Shown piece by piece: positions 47,585-49,134 of a stretch of 49,134 nucleotides of DNA. Source of the stretch: Candidatus Flemingiibacterium sp. (lineage in GTDB: Bacteria > Bacillota > Clostridia > Oscillospirales > CAG-272); assembly GCA_045635785.1 (NCBI GenBank), contig JAZTWJ010000100.1, forward strand, positions 1 through 49,134, read 5' to 3'. Numbering within the stretch: position 1 is the first letter of the stretch; every line of letters begins with the position of its first letter. Both the position numbers and the translations under genes were made by a program. The notes under the pieces were generated by a model. The model was not told the DNA's origin. It ran no database searches and worked only from the letters and a program-made list of their open reading frames with translations.

Positions 47585-47924
47585 GTGCGTTCCTCCTTAG
47601 TCGTAGAAAAATTCATAATCGGGCGAAGCTGTCCATTCCTCTGTGGCGGCGAGAATGCGTTGGATGCTTCGTCTTACTCTATATCTCGTTATATTTTTGC
47701 GTTGGTTTTATCCTGTAGATATATTATACCATACATTTTTGAAATTATCTTGAACAACGCAAAAAGACTGCCGATTTTGGCGGCAGCCTTTCGTATGATT
47801 TATGATTCCTGACCCGAATAAATCGGATGAAAACCAATAAAATCGCCGAGTGAGAGCTTGCTGCACTTCCCGATGTCCGTTCCAAGTTACCGATTTATCA
47901 TTTGTCGACACATAGCGAAATGTT

Positions 47925-48200
47925 TTCTTGGCGCTATCAAACCATGTCATTTCTCTTCCCAATTCGAGAACCTTGAGTTTCCCTTCATTCAAATACATTT
48001 TGTTAATATCTATAATTTCCAATTCGCCGCGTTGAGATGGTTTTAAGTTTTTTGCTCTATCAACAACGGTATCATCAAAAAATACAGCCCCGGAATAGCA
48101 AAATTACTTTTTGGCTTTTTCGGTTTTTCTTCTATGGAGATTATCCTCTCATTATCAAACTCTATAACACCAAATCGAGACGGCGACTTAACCAGCAAGT
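47925..48200 (-). pseudogene. rfbA: Glucose-1-phosphate thymidylyltransferase (RmlA/RfbA) internal fragment
   Basis: [32 protein letters not shown][frameshift][38 protein letters not shown]...WFDS. Confidence 0.85.
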
Positions 48201-48234
48201 AAAAAGCCTTAAAACACTAGGTTTTTAAGGCTTT
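48201..48234 (-). terminator. Terminator hairpin after the att-like sequence
   Basis: AAAGCCTTAAAA...TTTTAAGGCTTT, with a T-run on the minus strand. Confidence 0.65.
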
Positions 48235-49134
48235 CATTTGGCTCCCCCGTGGAGTTCATATCCGAAATTATGCCTGATTCTTCAAGTTCGGCAAAGGTGA
48301 CTGTTTTTGTTCCGTTTTTGTAATTGAATGTGATCACCAATTTATCCTCATAGAGGAAAATCGCATTGACAAAGGCATCTATGAATTTTCTTCTGTGCTC
48401 AAATATGTTTGTATCAAAGGTGCGGAACTTGTGGAACCAAAACACAATGATTTCTCTTGAAACCATCGGCTTTCCAATCTCTTTTTTGGCAATTTGGATT
48501 TGCAGCTCGCTTTTCCGTGCCTCAAGCTCCGCCATCTTATTCCTGGTGGACTCGCCGCAGATACCCATCATGATCGCATTCAGAAGGTTTTCGATTCCCT
48601 TTTCAACCTCGGCAAGCTGATTTTGAGAACAGGAACAACTGTGTTTTCTGCCTCCTGCAATTTCATCACATCGTCGGCAAGCTGCTCAATCAGCGCATCG
48701 TCGTACACAATTTTCTTGATTTCAGCAATTACCAAATCCTCAATCCACGATTTTCTCACCGTTTTCTTGTCGCAGCCGAGCTTGCGTTTTACACCCGAAC
48801 ATTTATAATAGCGATAAACAGTATCATCACGGCGCTTTCCGCTCTCCCCTGCCATCATTCGCTGACATTTGCCGCAGAATAATTTTGTGGAAAGCAGATA
48901 TTCTTCCTCTGCTTTGTGCCGTGCCGGAGCCTTCTTATTGGATTCCATCCGCCTCTGCACCGCATCAAACAGCTCTTCCGGAACGATAGTCGGAATCCCT
49001 TTTGGAATGACCGTATCGCGAAAACGGTATTCGCCAAGATATCTTCTGTTTCGCAGAATGTTCGACACAACATTTTCGGAAATCACCGCGCCTTTGCGGT
49101 TACGAATCCCTCTCGCTTGCAGATCATCCACAAT
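48209..49134 (-). pseudogene. Large serine recombinase (recombinase domain, Zn ribbon, coiled coil); partial and frameshifted
   Basis: IL.NRRY.G, P.IV.EELF..VQ, YLLS.KLFCGKC, YRYYKC...CDKK. One base is missing in the A-run near 48621-48624; restoring it joins the two ORFs (VLKNQLAEVEKGIENLLNAIMMG). Confidence 0.88.

Noticed and set aside
47708..48022. 104-aa ORF as an intact gene
   Set aside because: Only its first ~30 aa are RmlA-like; the rest is read-through into unrelated DNA.

Overview
The window looks like a gut/rumen-type Clostridia (Bacillota) chromosome segment; this is inferred from SLH domains, sigmaA-type promoters and gene content. Bases 1-13100 hold housekeeping genes: nnr, a U32 protein, uppP, pgk, tpiA, mnmA, a HAD phosphatase, aspS, an acyltransferase-GNAT fusion, smpB and tmRNA. 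Bases 13100-35090 are an accessory region starting at the tmRNA 3' end. It contains an AT-rich ORF bracketed by a 15-bp inverted repeat, two giant secreted proteins (a ~2117-aa VWA/SLH adhesin and a ~3373-aa LRR/beta-helix protein followed by an unannotated 35-aa peptide), resolvase/LRR/LCP pseudogenes, and two IS3 remnants next to hairpins. Bases 35098-42022 hold a paaK-ACT-paaI operon behind a candidate Phe/Tyr leader-peptide attenuator, and a divergent racemase-like/split-transketolase/DUF1537-kinase operon. Bases 43547-47584 hold the best candidate for a new system: an ECF sigma factor translationally coupled to a membrane-anchored serpin with an anti-sigma-like N-terminus, facing a lipoprotein serpin (a putative protease-sensing regulatory module). 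The window ends with an rmlA fragment and a frameshifted large serine recombinase that carries a tRNA-3'-end-like att sequence. All assignments come from motif recognition by eye; no searches were run.
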